Source: a virus
Lineage: Duplodnaviria; Caudoviricetes
Reading direction: 5' to 3' (one strand)
Length of the DNA stretch: 64,000 nucleotides
IMG/VR virus record: IMGVR_UViG_3300045391_001467
Location: 17,755 to 81,754 of that record
Part shown: in pieces, positions 48,617 through 58,122 of the stretch
Numbering within the stretch: the stretch's first letter is position 1
Layout: each line of letters opens with the position of its first letter
Notes under the pieces: generated by a model
Databases searched by the model: none
Told to the model about the DNA's origin: nothing
Seen by the model: the letters and a program-made list of their open reading frames with translations, nothing else
Position numbers and translations under genes: made by a program

Positions 48617-50341
48617 TTAGAACATAGCATCTCCGGGCTTCGGAGGTGTGTAGTCTCTCAAGTTTTCTACATCACTTTCCAAAAACCCTTCAGGAGGTTC
48701 TACGTACTCTCCTGTATCCATATCATAATAAACTTTAAAGTACCCACTTCGTCCATATTTACGGTCTTCCAAAAGGACGATAGTAGAGGTGTTCCTTTCT
48801 TTCAAAGGCAGATCAGGGTCTTTGTTGCGCTCAATACCCCACATGTAATACGTGCTTCGCATCATCGCGCGAGAGCCTGTAAATTGGTGGCTCAGGACTT
48901 TTCCGCCACGCTCGTGAGGTGGTCCAGCATCAGGTGATTTCAAGTGACAAAAACAGTAATAAATAAAACCAAGGTCTTTAGCCATCTTGCTCAATTCGTC
49001 TGCGAACTTTTCAAGTGCTGTATTTGCTTCTGAAGCTGTAAGGCCCTGCACCATGCGGCTAATAGGATCAAGAACAATGTCTGTAACACCTTCAACCAAC
49101 ACGGCATGACGGATAGCACCTTTCACAACATCCCAAGAGCAAGCTCCATAGTTGTTGTAATAAATAACATTGTCACCAACAGCGTCTACAGCCCTCTTGA
49201 GAGTTTCTTGGTCAAAGAATCCATGCTCAATGTTGAAGATTTCTTTCCCGTAGATGTCCTTAAAAACACCATCATCACCTACGAAAATTACCTTCTCAGG
49301 GTTTGTAAAGTCCTTCCCAAACATCTTACCGGCAACTTTTTTGCATGTCACCTCTGGCTCTTCTTCAAACTTGAATAGGGCTATCCTGCCGCCTTCTGCC
49401 TTAATAATGTGCTCAGACAGTTGGTTTACAAACTCGCTCTTGCCAATCTTGACACCAGCTCCGATGTAGTGTCCCTCCCCAATCCTTCGTCCAAGACTCA
49501 GCTTGGTCATTGAGGGCCACGGCCACGGCTTGCCTAACTTCGGTAGCTCATAGGCTTTATCTTTAATAGTCTCGTATTTAATAAAGCCGTCTGGTGTATA
49601 ACTTTTTGGCTTCATACAGCACCAATAAAGCTGCTCCCCCATCCCTTCGCGCACCATGTCACATGGGTCGTAATCATCAGGAAAGTCAGCAACAAGAATA
49701 TCGGGCATCAAACTGTACACGGCTGCTACAGCATCACGCCCTTTCATTATTTTTTGTTTCTCTCGTTCCTCTTGCGTAGCCTTGTCTGCATCAAACGCTA
49801 GAATACATTCAGAAAATTTACGAAGATAGACTTGATTGTGTTTCTGACCGATGTTTTGAACGGCATTGGCAGTTCCGTTGCTTATGCTGAGAACTGTAGG
49901 GTTGGAGGCAGGATATTTGGCTTTTATTACGTCCCATGTTGCAGCAGCATCGTACTCTCCTTCTGTTATCCAAACCTTCTTTCCACCTGTTTTGTTTCCC
50001 ACTGACATCCCAAACAAATCACACTTTACACTCTGAAATCCAATGGTGGTGAAATGCCTACTAGCCATTTTTGGCACAGTGAGGTCACGTTTCTTATACC
50101 CTACAATGTCCCCTTCGTAGGTATATGGAAAATAGTGTGCAATAGGCGTTTTGCCATCTATTTGGCTAAGTGCTGTCCTAATCCCATAATGCTCCGCTGC
50201 CATCTTTGAAATACCCCTTTCTGGAATGGCCATTATGGGGTATCTACTTACATCCTCAACAGTCTCAAGTTCTTCTTTTGTCCCACTAATTTTTTTTGCT
50301 GCCAAAATTCTTCCACCTTTCTCATATCCTGACTGACTCAT
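48617..50341 (-). CDS. primase-helicase (T7 gp4-like)
   Basis: TOPRIM ITEGEYDA and FDAD; helicase GKSEF, LDPI, CHL, GSRA. Confidence 0.92.
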   Translation of the reverse strand: MSQSGYEKGGRILAAKKISGTKEELETVEDVSRYPIMAIPERGISKMAAEHYGIRTALSQIDGKTPIAHYFPYTYEGDIVGYKKRDLTVPKMASRHFTTIGFQSVKCDLFGMSVGNKTGGKKVWITEGEYDAAATWDVIKAKYPASNPTVLSISNGTANAVQNIGQKHNQVYLRKFSECILAFDADKATQEEREKQKIMKGRDAVAAVYSLMPDILVADFPDDYDPCDMVREGMGEQLYWCCMKPKSYTPDGFIKYETIKDKAYELPKLGKPWPWPSMTKLSLGRRIGEGHYIGAGVKIGKSEFVNQLSEHIIKAEGGRIALFKFEEEPEVTCKKVAGKMFGKDFTNPEKVIFVGDDGVFKDIYGKEIFNIEHGFFDQETLKRAVDAVGDNVIYYNNYGACSWDVVKGAIRHAVLVEGVTDIVLDPISRMVQGLTASEANTALEKFADELSKMAKDLGFIYYCFCHLKSPDAGPPHERGGKVLSHQFTGSRAMMRSTYYMWGIERNKDPDLPLKERNTSTIVLLEDRKYGRSGYFKVYYDMDTGEYVEPPEGFLESDVENLRDYTPPKPGDAMF

Positions 50342-50595
50342 CTACAAAACCCCATCAATAAGCAGAGACACTCCGACAATAAATACTGCAAACGATGTAA
50401 TAAACGAAGGTACGATTACCCAATGGCCTTTGGGAATAATCTCTTCCAGCAAATAACTCCCCGCCCATAACGAAGCCAAGGCAAGAATAGCTCCAAATAT
50501 TATTTTAAAGGTTTTCATCTACCTTCCTTTTTAATTGTTATAGAATATCCATTGGAAACACTAATACCAAAACCACATTACTTAAAATACTCATA

Positions 50596-51200
50596 TTATT
50601 CTGGATGTATTTCTTTCAAAGCATCGTCAAATGCTGCACTGATCCCTTGAAGCTCGTCGAGAGTATCACAATCGTAGTATTCAAACAAACCAATCAATTT
50701 CTTGAAAGCTTCAGTTTCACCAATAGCTCCAACATAAAGATTCTCAACAATAGGAATAATCTCTTCCATTAGTTCACTACCTCTTGACCAACCCATATTA
50801 CATCTCCATAAAGAGGTCTTTAATCTTACTTCTGAGCGTTTTCAATTTATCGGATTTCTCGGCCAGTTCATCACAAACCTCTAAATAATCAGCATAAGTT
50901 ACATAGTCACCATATTCATATTTCTCTATAGCTCCATCACAAAGGTCATAACGTTGCACTTCCATTTTACCCCCAATATGTGCGTGATATGATATTCTTA
51001 TCTAACTTCTGATCTTGCTCAAGTTGTCTCAAATCCGCTTTAAGGCCTACAAGGTAACTATACAGAACAGGAACTCCATAACACCCTTGAAGCTCTTCAA
51101 TGCTTGACAAAACATCTGTAATCTTTGCAGCACGTCTTGCAATACGGCTTTGTAATCTAGCTTGAATAGAATCACACATTTTTATCCTCAATAAAATCAA
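50596..51200 (-). CDS. small hypothetical genes (50596-50796, 50967-51200 and one between)
   Basis: ORF track plus short ORF MEVQRYD... Confidence 0.5.
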
Positions 51201-51367
51201 AGTGCTTCATCGTGAAAATAAACACATTCCAATTTACGTGCATTGTCATAGCCTCTCTACCACTACTACTTTTTGTGCAGTAAGAACTACTTCAAACCAT
51301 TTAGACATATTTTCCTCCAAATAAACATTACAAGCTATAGAATCCGTAACAATCTAAACCACTATTT

Positions 51368-51749
51368 TTATTTTTCTTGACTTGTTTCTTCCAGTTCATC
51401 TTCAGCCATTAAGATAGCAAAGTCAAGTGCCATAAGAACATGCTTGTGTTTTGTTGAGGGCATATCGTTAATTATTTCAATATACTCACCACTTTTTACC
51501 GTAAGTACAGTTTCAAGAAATTCTATAGTCTATAGAGGTATTTGCCAATGTAGAGGTATATAGATAATCTACATTACAAGCTCTAGCAATTGCACCGACA
51601 ACGCAGAACCGGCTGGCATGTGCCTCTGTAGGGTAAACAGGTTTTCCAAGATTATCTAAGGCAATGCACCGGCGTCCCCAGCTATTAGGCTTCTCAAGAA
51701 TGCTGCGAGTATCTTTCAGGACTTGTACTAATTCTTTTGTTACTTTCAT
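51368..51749 (-). pseudogene. gene frameshifted by a 7 bp tandem duplication
   Basis: TCTATAG x2 at 51522-51535; removing one copy gives one 124 aa ORF ending ND...KHKHVLMALDFAI...QEK. Confidence 0.8.
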
Positions 51750-51927
51750 TTTTAATACCCCTTAAACCTAAATAGTTATAACACTGGCAATAATTGAGAT
51801 AAAATTAATCTCACTTTCAGTAGAACATGCGCCTCTGCAGTCAATGCCGCTTCATTGCAATTATGTGTTGTCCAATCCTGAAACACTAGCTTATACATTG
51901 TCGGCACTTCAACCCTCCTTAAGTAAT

Positions 51928-52509
51928 TCACTTATTCCACTTTAAAGCCCATTGAGGGGTTTTACCTCGTACCCAGACCATCTTACGAGCATATTTCCTA
52001 ACCTTATCACTACTTTGCTCTCTAAGCAAATTATTTTCCAACATCTTTGCGTAATCTACATCTTGCTTATAGGAGTAGTACAATCTATAAGAATCTACAG
52101 ATTTGAAGGTTTTACATTCCTCAGGCATAACGAGAGCTGCCTTTGTCAAACTATATATACCAATTGCATTAAATACATGATTACTGCATGCTTCAAATTC
52201 ACTTCGCAATGTGTGAAATCTAGTCTCTGAAGCATGTTTTCTGCCATACCTTTTGGTGTACTCTTTAAACAACGCTTCACAATGCTTAACAAGCCACGAA
52301 TAATTTTCAAAAGATGCTCCAGCCCATTTTACGCAAGGATGGTGCTGATGTGTAGCCTTCATGAGGCACTCGTGCTCAAGTCTAGGTCTATATTGCCTGA
52401 GCACTGTACATAGTATTTGAAGGGACTCTAATACCATTTTAACAACATGACCGTCAAAATGGTATTTAGCAGCTAGAGCAGGATCATAATCAAGGAAGAA
52501 GATGTTCAT
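51928..52509 (-). CDS. pyrimidine dimer DNA glycosylase family protein
   Basis: MNIFFLD...HVVKMVLE..Q.L and HHPCVKW motifs. Confidence 0.75.
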   Translation of the reverse strand: MNIFFLDYDPALAAKYHFDGHVVKMVLESLQILCTVLRQYRPRLEHECLMKATHQHHPCVKWAGASFENYSWLVKHCEALFKEYTKRYGRKHASETRFHTLRSEFEACSNHVFNAIGIYSLTKAALVMPEECKTFKSVDSYRLYYSYKQDVDYAKMLENNLLREQSSDKVRKYARKMVWVRGKTPQWALKWNK

Positions 52510-52536
52510 GAATGCCTTTATAGGATGTATGACCTT

Positions 52537-52565
52537 ATTCTAGCTTACTTGTTGACGGATGTCAA
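52537..52565 (-). promoter_or_regulatory. sigma70-type promoter
   Basis: TTGACA-17-TAGAAT. Confidence 0.8.
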
Positions 52566-53500
52566 GAGGCTTTGTAGTTCTCCCCTGGAATTGTCTTACG
52601 ATATTGAATCCATCCTTTGAAGTTGCCACTCCAAAGATTTCCTTCGTTGTCCATGTGGGAGACCCCTTCTTGCCATGCTTTCGAACTCATTTCAATGTTC
52701 ACCCATAGCTCTTTTCCGACATGCTTAACAGTTGCTTTTGGGTTCATCGGTGTGGCAACATGCTCTAAAGCACTTCCATGAATCCTATCATCGCTCACCA
52801 ACCGAGCATACACTTCACGAGATTTCTCTACGCCATAATCAACGTTTCTAAAAGAAGCCGCAGCACATCTGGCACAACTTACTTTGATAGCATCCTCTAG
52901 TGAAATTTCTTCACTACTTTCTTTGTCTAGGTAATACGCTCCATCAATTTCTCTGTCAACATAAGGAAGATGATATTCACCGGCTTTCAACAGTTTTGGA
53001 ACACTCTTCTCGTGGGCTTCTCTCATGAGACGCGCCAATTCAGCAATCGTAGGGTCTGCTGCAGAGTCATCTCGCAGCCAATAGAAGTTCGCCCACTCTG
53101 TAGCACTTACAACACCTTTAATCATCTGAAAAGGTTCTGTGAGGCGATTGAAAATTTGTTTCGCGTAACCAGCCTCGTAAAAACCACGAGAAAAATTAAC
53201 TGCAGAGAGCTTAGCAAGATGCCACCATTCTTCTGCAGTATAGATTTCATTAATCAGGGTATTATGCACCCCACCATCCTGCATGCCTTTGTTGGCTGCA
53301 CCAAAACGTGCAGGCTTTCCAGTCAGTTGCTCTATCATCTTTGAGAATGGAATAGCACGAGAAGATGCAGCATTTCGACTAAACATTCTGTGTGTCATGA
53401 ATTCAGCCCACACAATGCGGGGAACTTCAATCTCAAATGTTGTAAGACGATACCCGGCTTCAGAAATGCTGTCACAAATCACTTTTGCACTACTCATCAA
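52562..53500 (-). CDS. thyX: flavin-dependent thymidylate synthase
   Basis: EFMTHRMFSRNAASSRAIP, HGSALEH, GNFKGWIQYR. Confidence 0.92.
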   Translation of the reverse strand: MMSSAKVICDSISEAGYRLTTFEIEVPRIVWAEFMTHRMFSRNAASSRAIPFSKMIEQLTGKPARFGAANKGMQDGGVHNTLINEIYTAEEWWHLAKLSAVNFSRGFYEAGYAKQIFNRLTEPFQMIKGVVSATEWANFYWLRDDSAADPTIAELARLMREAHEKSVPKLLKAGEYHLPYVDREIDGAYYLDKESSEEISLEDAIKVSCARCAAASFRNVDYGVEKSREVYARLVSDDRIHGSALEHVATPMNPKATVKHVGKELWVNIEMSSKAWQEGVSHMDNEGNLWSGNFKGWIQYRKTIPGENYKAS

Positions 53501-54444
53501 TAATCCTCCCTTTCCTCAATCCCAAGCCTATCCAATACTTCCTTCCACATCTCGTATCGCCCTCTCTCGTAAGGACGTTCATCAATAGCCCTACATCCCA
53601 TGTCATAAGCATATTGCATCATGTGATTGAGGAACTGTTCTGTAATATTTTCTTTACCTGTGTTTCTAATTTCTTTGAAATGATCTGACATTAAGCCCAT
53701 TTGCTTTAGCCAAAGTACACTTTGGGAGATTTCTTTACAAGGTTTAACTCTTGTGCCTTTTTCACCCAGTCATCATAAAAGGATGTCCTTTCTTTGTACC
53801 ACTCGTCGTAAAAGCTCACTCTACTTTCTCCATTTCTTCTGCAAGCTTTAACAACTCTTCAGCAAAACTTCGCGCAGATTCTGAATTACGAAGGTAGAGA
53901 GACAAACTTTTTGCAGGAAAATACACACCATCCTGAGTATAATCCTCTTGCATAAGAGTTACGTAACCATCACCTGCGCGAATAGGAATATGTGCATCGC
54001 TACTGGAGCTAACAATTCTTGCGTGTAACTTTACAACTACTCCGCTATATTCGACAATCTTTGTATATGGCATGTCCATTAAATCTTCGTCCCTTCAGTA
54101 TACTCCACAAATTCTTCTACAACAAGAGAGTGTTCTTCATCGTAGGGAAGCTTACCATTCATACTGATAATATAACTATTAGCATCGTACTCACTCTCAA
54201 ATACTTTAGGAACAATCTGCAGTCCCATATACTCCCCCGTAACACGGAATTTCTTAGTTTCTTGCATAGGTTCTTGTCTAAGAATTTCAAGGCCATTACC
54301 ATAGTAATCGCCTTTTACAATACGCAACTCATCTTTTCCAGCTTTCACTACAATTGCTTCTACTTTATTATCAACAACTTGCAAACTAATAATGTCCTTA
54401 AATACACCAAGGTCATTCACATCTTTAATCTTAATCATTCGCAT
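53497..54444 (-). CDS. hypothetical genes (53497-53700, 53816-54079, 54079-54444)
   Basis: Coupled ORFs. Confidence 0.55.
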
Positions 54445-54455
54445 TTTATTTTTCC

Positions 54456-54686
54456 TTATTTAACAATACTTCCACTTAGGGTATCCCACTCATAAACATC
54501 GTTTTTGGATATCCACATCAACTGATCTTCATAAGCATACCCCGCATCATCATGACTGGCTTCCAGTTTAAGTGGGTACAAATAAGGACTGCCACAGCAG
54601 CCACATCCGCTCACCACAATTTTGTATTTGCGGGATAGTTGCTCAAGCTCTTTAATAAAGCTTTCCTCATTTTGTGTAAGAGTCAC
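54456..54686 (-). CDS. small protein with GCGCCGSP motif
   Basis: Likely GTG start at 54686 (SD GGAGG) overlapping upstream TGA. Confidence 0.65.
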   Translation of the reverse strand: MTLTQNEESFIKELEQLSRKYKIVVSGCGCCGSPYLYPLKLEASHDDAGYAYEDQLMWISKNDVYEWDTLSGSIVK

Positions 54687-54838
54687 TGTTCCTCCCGCAT
54701 CTCTTGACAAATTTCTCTACCACTATCATATCCTTGCCAATTGTCCACTCCAGCAGCTTCTAATGCAGATAGCCAAAGTGAGTCTTCAAGAAATTGTTAG
54801 TATTCTTCTAAAGTGATTGTAACTGATTTACCATCCAT
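54683..54838 (-). pseudogene. 51-codon gene with in-frame ochre at codon 14
   Basis: MDGKSVTITLEEY*QFLEDSLWLSALEAAGVDNWQGYDSG...; SD GGAG; coupled at both ends. Confidence 0.75.
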
Positions 54839-55733
54839 ACATACTCCACTTAAAAGGTTTCACAATCCCTCTCTTCTCTGCTTCCCAAAACCTATTCACA
54901 AATTCCTCATCATACATTGCCTGCGCTTTATCGTAATTCTCCCAAGCATATTCTCTCCACCAACCAGATGTAATACTTGTGCATACTTTCATCAAAGCCA
55001 TGTCAAAGCTTTCTTTTGCAGACATTTTCCCATGAGGAATAATAGCACGTTCAAGGGCTAATACATAAGATTCTTCAAGAACAGAAAGGAGCTTAATATG
55101 CTCTGGTAGACTAAAGAATTTTTCCTTATCAACCTGCACTTGAGCGCCATCTATGATAAAATACGTATAAGCTGGCCTGTCAAGATGTTTTACAGCTTCG
55201 TGAATAGAATCATGGTCGTAGGTGTATGGAACTTCATCATTCTTGAAGAAATTATCTTTATCCACTTTCAGATTTGGATGCTTATAAGCGTATGTTGCCT
55301 TCTCTCGCTCAATGAAAAACTCCATATGAGCATCTTCAATAAACGCTCCATGCTGTCTCATTAACTGAATATCTCTCATAGTCTTCAGAAAATGAGGGCT
55401 ATCCTTCAAATATTTGTGAGACATTTTAAGCATGTATAAGAAATTTAGAGAGGGTATATAAAACTGATCGAATGGTTTTGCATCCTTATAGGCTACCTTT
55501 AGCAAATGTTCTGAGCTACTATCAGGCCACGCAATCTCTGCTTCAACAATCTTCTCTGAAGATTTCATTATAAACTTCTTTCCCTGCTGAATAGGGTATT
55601 GGGCAATCTTATTTGGGATTTTCTTTGAGTAATCCTCAAACTCATCGTATGTACAAACAATATCCATATCCGCAGGAACACGTACATCTTCATCGAGATG
55701 ATAATTGAGAGCAACAGACCCGATCAGTAGCAT
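54828..55733 (-). CDS. nucleotidyltransferase-fold protein 3
   Basis: LIGSVAL ... RVPADMDI N-terminus; HDSIHE and EESYVLALER C-terminal motifs. Confidence 0.65.
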   Translation of the reverse strand: MLLIGSVALNYHLDEDVRVPADMDIVCTYDEFEDYSKKIPNKIAQYPIQQGKKFIMKSSEKIVEAEIAWPDSSSEHLLKVAYKDAKPFDQFYIPSLNFLYMLKMSHKYLKDSPHFLKTMRDIQLMRQHGAFIEDAHMEFFIEREKATYAYKHPNLKVDKDNFFKNDEVPYTYDHDSIHEAVKHLDRPAYTYFIIDGAQVQVDKEKFFSLPEHIKLLSVLEESYVLALERAIIPHGKMSAKESFDMALMKVCTSITSGWWREYAWENYDKAQAMYDEEFVNRFWEAEKRGIVKPFKWSMYGW

Positions 55734-55746
55734 TTAGTTTCCTTTG

Positions 55747-55935
55747 TTAACAAGAATGTGCAGAAGTGTTCCATCCATCTTCTTCAGGATTATAATACCC
55801 TCCCATACCATATTTAGGCCCGTCCCAATAAAAAGATATACCACTTTCTTCAGAAACTCCTACAGCTTGAGCAATCAATGCATCAGCCTGCTCAAGCAAA
55901 TCGGCAATCTTCTTTGCAGCTTCTTCTTTATTCAC
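55747..55935 (-). CDS. WN[ST]S-x-C C-terminal motif protein, paralog 3
   Basis: Ends WNTSAHSC-stop. Confidence 0.75.
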   Translation of the reverse strand: MNKEEAAKKIADLLEQADALIAQAVGVSEESGISFYWDGPKYGMGGYYNPEEDGWNTSAHSC

Positions 55936-55948
55936 TTACCTTCCCCCT

Positions 55949-56179
55949 TCAGCAATGGTAGCTAGAACTATTCCAATCTGGATGTAGCGCATTAATTTGT
56001 TCCATATCATAAGCCAACTCAGAATCAATTTTAACATTAATTCCAGTAAGCTCTGCAAGCTCTTTAATCTCACTTAGAAGTACTTTAATAGTTGCAATCT
56101 TTTCTGCAATATCTTTTGCAGCCCTCTTTGCAAGAGTTTCCTTCATTCGTTTGAATTCTTTCAAATCAATATTTTCCAT
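55949..56179 (-). CDS. WN[ST]S-x-C C-terminal motif protein, paralog 2
   Basis: Ends WNSSSYHC-stop; SD AAGGAG. Confidence 0.75.
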   Translation of the reverse strand: MENIDLKEFKRMKETLAKRAAKDIAEKIATIKVLLSEIKELAELTGINVKIDSELAYDMEQINALHPDWNSSSYHC

Positions 56180-56188
56180 TATATCTCC

Positions 56189-56614
56189 TTAACAGTTAGA
56201 AGTGTTCCATGCAGCTACGTCAGTTTCCATGTTTTGAAAAATGTTGTAAAGATCAAACATCTTCTCAAGACCTTTTTTATCCTTCCATGAAACATCAAAT
56301 TCATCTAGCTTTTCTTCCAACCGGCAACTTGCAATATCGCTATGGCTATAGTCGCCATACTCATTTCGATACTCGAAGAAGTATTCTACTCCAGATACAG
56401 AAGAAACAACATTGATATTTTCAAGCATCTCAAGTGCTTTACCGCTCAGTGTTTCAATTTCACTCTTATCTTCAGACTCTACAATCTTATCGACAATCAC
56501 TTTAACACTGTTGGTTGTCTCTGCAATAAACTTTGCAGCATCTCGCTGAATAGCTTGTTTTTGCTTCTTCAACTCAGAAATACTCACACCATTCAAAATA
56601 ATATCTTCTTTCAT
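56189..56614 (-). CDS. WN[ST]S-x-C C-terminal motif protein, paralog 1
   Basis: Ends WNTSNC-stop; SD AAGGAG. Confidence 0.75.
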   Translation of the reverse strand: MKEDIILNGVSISELKKQKQAIQRDAAKFIAETTNSVKVIVDKIVESEDKSEIETLSGKALEMLENINVVSSVSGVEYFFEYRNEYGDYSHSDIASCRLEEKLDEFDVSWKDKKGLEKMFDLYNIFQNMETDVAAWNTSNC

Positions 56615-56671
56615 TCTTCTCTCCTTAAAATTTCAATAAATTATTGAGGAATATTCCACAAATTGATTGGG

Positions 56672-56695
56672 GGATATTATATATATATAATATCC
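56672..56695. repeat. 24 bp perfect AT-rich palindrome
   Basis: GGATATTATATATATATAATATCC equals its own reverse complement. Confidence 0.9.
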
Positions 56696-56701
56696 ACGTA
56701 A

Positions 56702-56717
56702 TTCCCATTGTTGAGAA
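56702..56717. promoter_or_regulatory. TTCTCA-N4-TGAGAA palindrome, copy 6 (one mismatch)
   Basis: ATTCCCATTGTTGAGAAT, intergenic. Confidence 0.55.
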
Positions 56718-56872
56718 TGTTTCTAATCAAATTTCTTAGGTTTTCCACATTTTATACAACGACAATAAGTGCGAGTCCACCTTTCTCCATACTCTCCATT
56801 GCAACTTTTACGCTCAACGATTTCCCATTTATGAGCACACCCACAAAACAGAAACTGGAACAGTCTAAGCAC

Positions 56873-57283
56873 TCAGTTTTCCTCTCTGCAAAACTTACTA
56901 TGTTCAATAATAACACATTCCATATTCCTAGCCCAGATCGGATGAAGCCGCTTATGGAAGAAGAACAGATATGTATCAGACAGCAACACTCTACCAGATT
57001 CTTTTGCATTCTGCAAGAGATTTCTCATCTGCTTGTTCAGTGGTAATATTGGCTTTGTGCGATTCCATTGGAATTGTCCTGCCTGCAACACCACAGCACA
57101 AATGCTCTTACCAGATTGCTTTACACGATTGAGAATTGTATCCATTACAGCTCTCTGAGCTACAACAGACTCTGTGTTTGCCTCGTAAAAAATTGCTGAC
57201 GCAAGACAGGCCTGCTCAGAATGTGCCAAGCAAGATTTGAAAGGGGTGATGGATAAAGCTGCTGCGAATAGGAGTTTTAACAT
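56873..57283 (-). CDS. cell wall hydrolase, SleB (Hydrolase_2) family
   Basis: CLASAIFYEA, VMDTILNRV, ICAVV, GQFQW; hydrophobic N-terminus. Confidence 0.85.
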   Translation of the reverse strand: MLKLLFAAALSITPFKSCLAHSEQACLASAIFYEANTESVVAQRAVMDTILNRVKQSGKSICAVVLQAGQFQWNRTKPILPLNKQMRNLLQNAKESGRVLLSDTYLFFFHKRLHPIWARNMECVIIEHSKFCREEN

Positions 57284-57676
57284 CGGGAAGCCTCCAAAGC
57301 TTCTCCTGCCTCGTTTTGGCAAAGCTCTTGAATATGCAATGTAACGTCTTGTACAGAACGACCTTCATTCCACAGCTCTGAACATATTTCCACAGCAAAT
57401 TTAACTCCCAACTTATAAGCAAGCTGCTCTGATTCAGTCATTCTTCTCTCCTGTAATCTTCTTTCTGTACAAATGTACAATAAACGCAATAATAGGCGCA
57501 GAAATTGGAAGTGTCAATAGGATAGTTAGACGTAATATTCCTCTGACAAAACACCAATATGTTTTTCGCGCAGCATCATACAAATCGTCTAAATCATCTT
57601 CTCTTAAAGGCCATTGAATCAAGCCACGAGCAACAATCTTCAGAGATTGCCAATATGTCATACTTGGATCAAACAT
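57277..57676 (-). CDS. two small genes (57277 to about 57441; 57434-57676 membrane protein)
   Basis: AT-rich resident genes abutting the island. Confidence 0.5.
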
Positions 57677-58122
57677 TACGATTTCCTGTCAGTGGCGCAA
57701 TCTGCGCTGTCAGTAGGCGTGCTGTCAGGGGCGGCGGCGAGCATGGCGCGGTAGACTCGTGGCGGGAAGTCATCGTTGCCCGTGCATCGCACGATAGTGC
57801 GCACAGCAGCGACGTGCATTTCCTCTGTAAGCTCAACCGGCACCAGCTTCCACCCCTCCCGTGCCGCCTCTGCCTTGCGCAGCCTGTCGATGAGAGTGCG
57901 GCAAGTCTGCGGGTTGAAGGCGGCGATGAAATTCAAAATGGTTTCGTTATGGCTTTCCTCTCCGACTGCATATTGGTCTGCATCGACGGTACCTATATCG
58001 TAGAAGCTACCGTCTTCATTCAGATGGCCGAACTGGTCGCCTTGCGCGGTCTCCCATTTCCATCCGTGCGCCGCATCAACCAGCGCCCGCAAAGCATCAA
58101 GGTCAAGTATTGGTTGGCTCAC
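57676..58122 (-). CDS. Ead/Ea22-like protein with DUF551-type C-terminus
   Basis: FIAAFNPQTCRTLIDRL; GWKLVPVELTEEM...AMLAAAP. Confidence 0.7.
   Translation of the reverse strand: MSQPILDLDALRALVDAAHGWKWETAQGDQFGHLNEDGSFYDIGTVDADQYAVGEESHNETILNFIAAFNPQTCRTLIDRLRKAEAAREGWKLVPVELTEEMHVAAVRTIVRCTGNDDFPPRVYRAMLAAAPDSTPTDSADCATDRKS

Noticed and set aside
51200-51308. Short ORF MSKWFEVVLTAQKVVVVERL that may be a frameshifted gene
   Set aside because: No clear lesion and two possible continuation frames
54797-54799. Stop-codon reassignment
   Set aside because: TAA, TAG and TGA all end normal genes here, and I found only one internal stop
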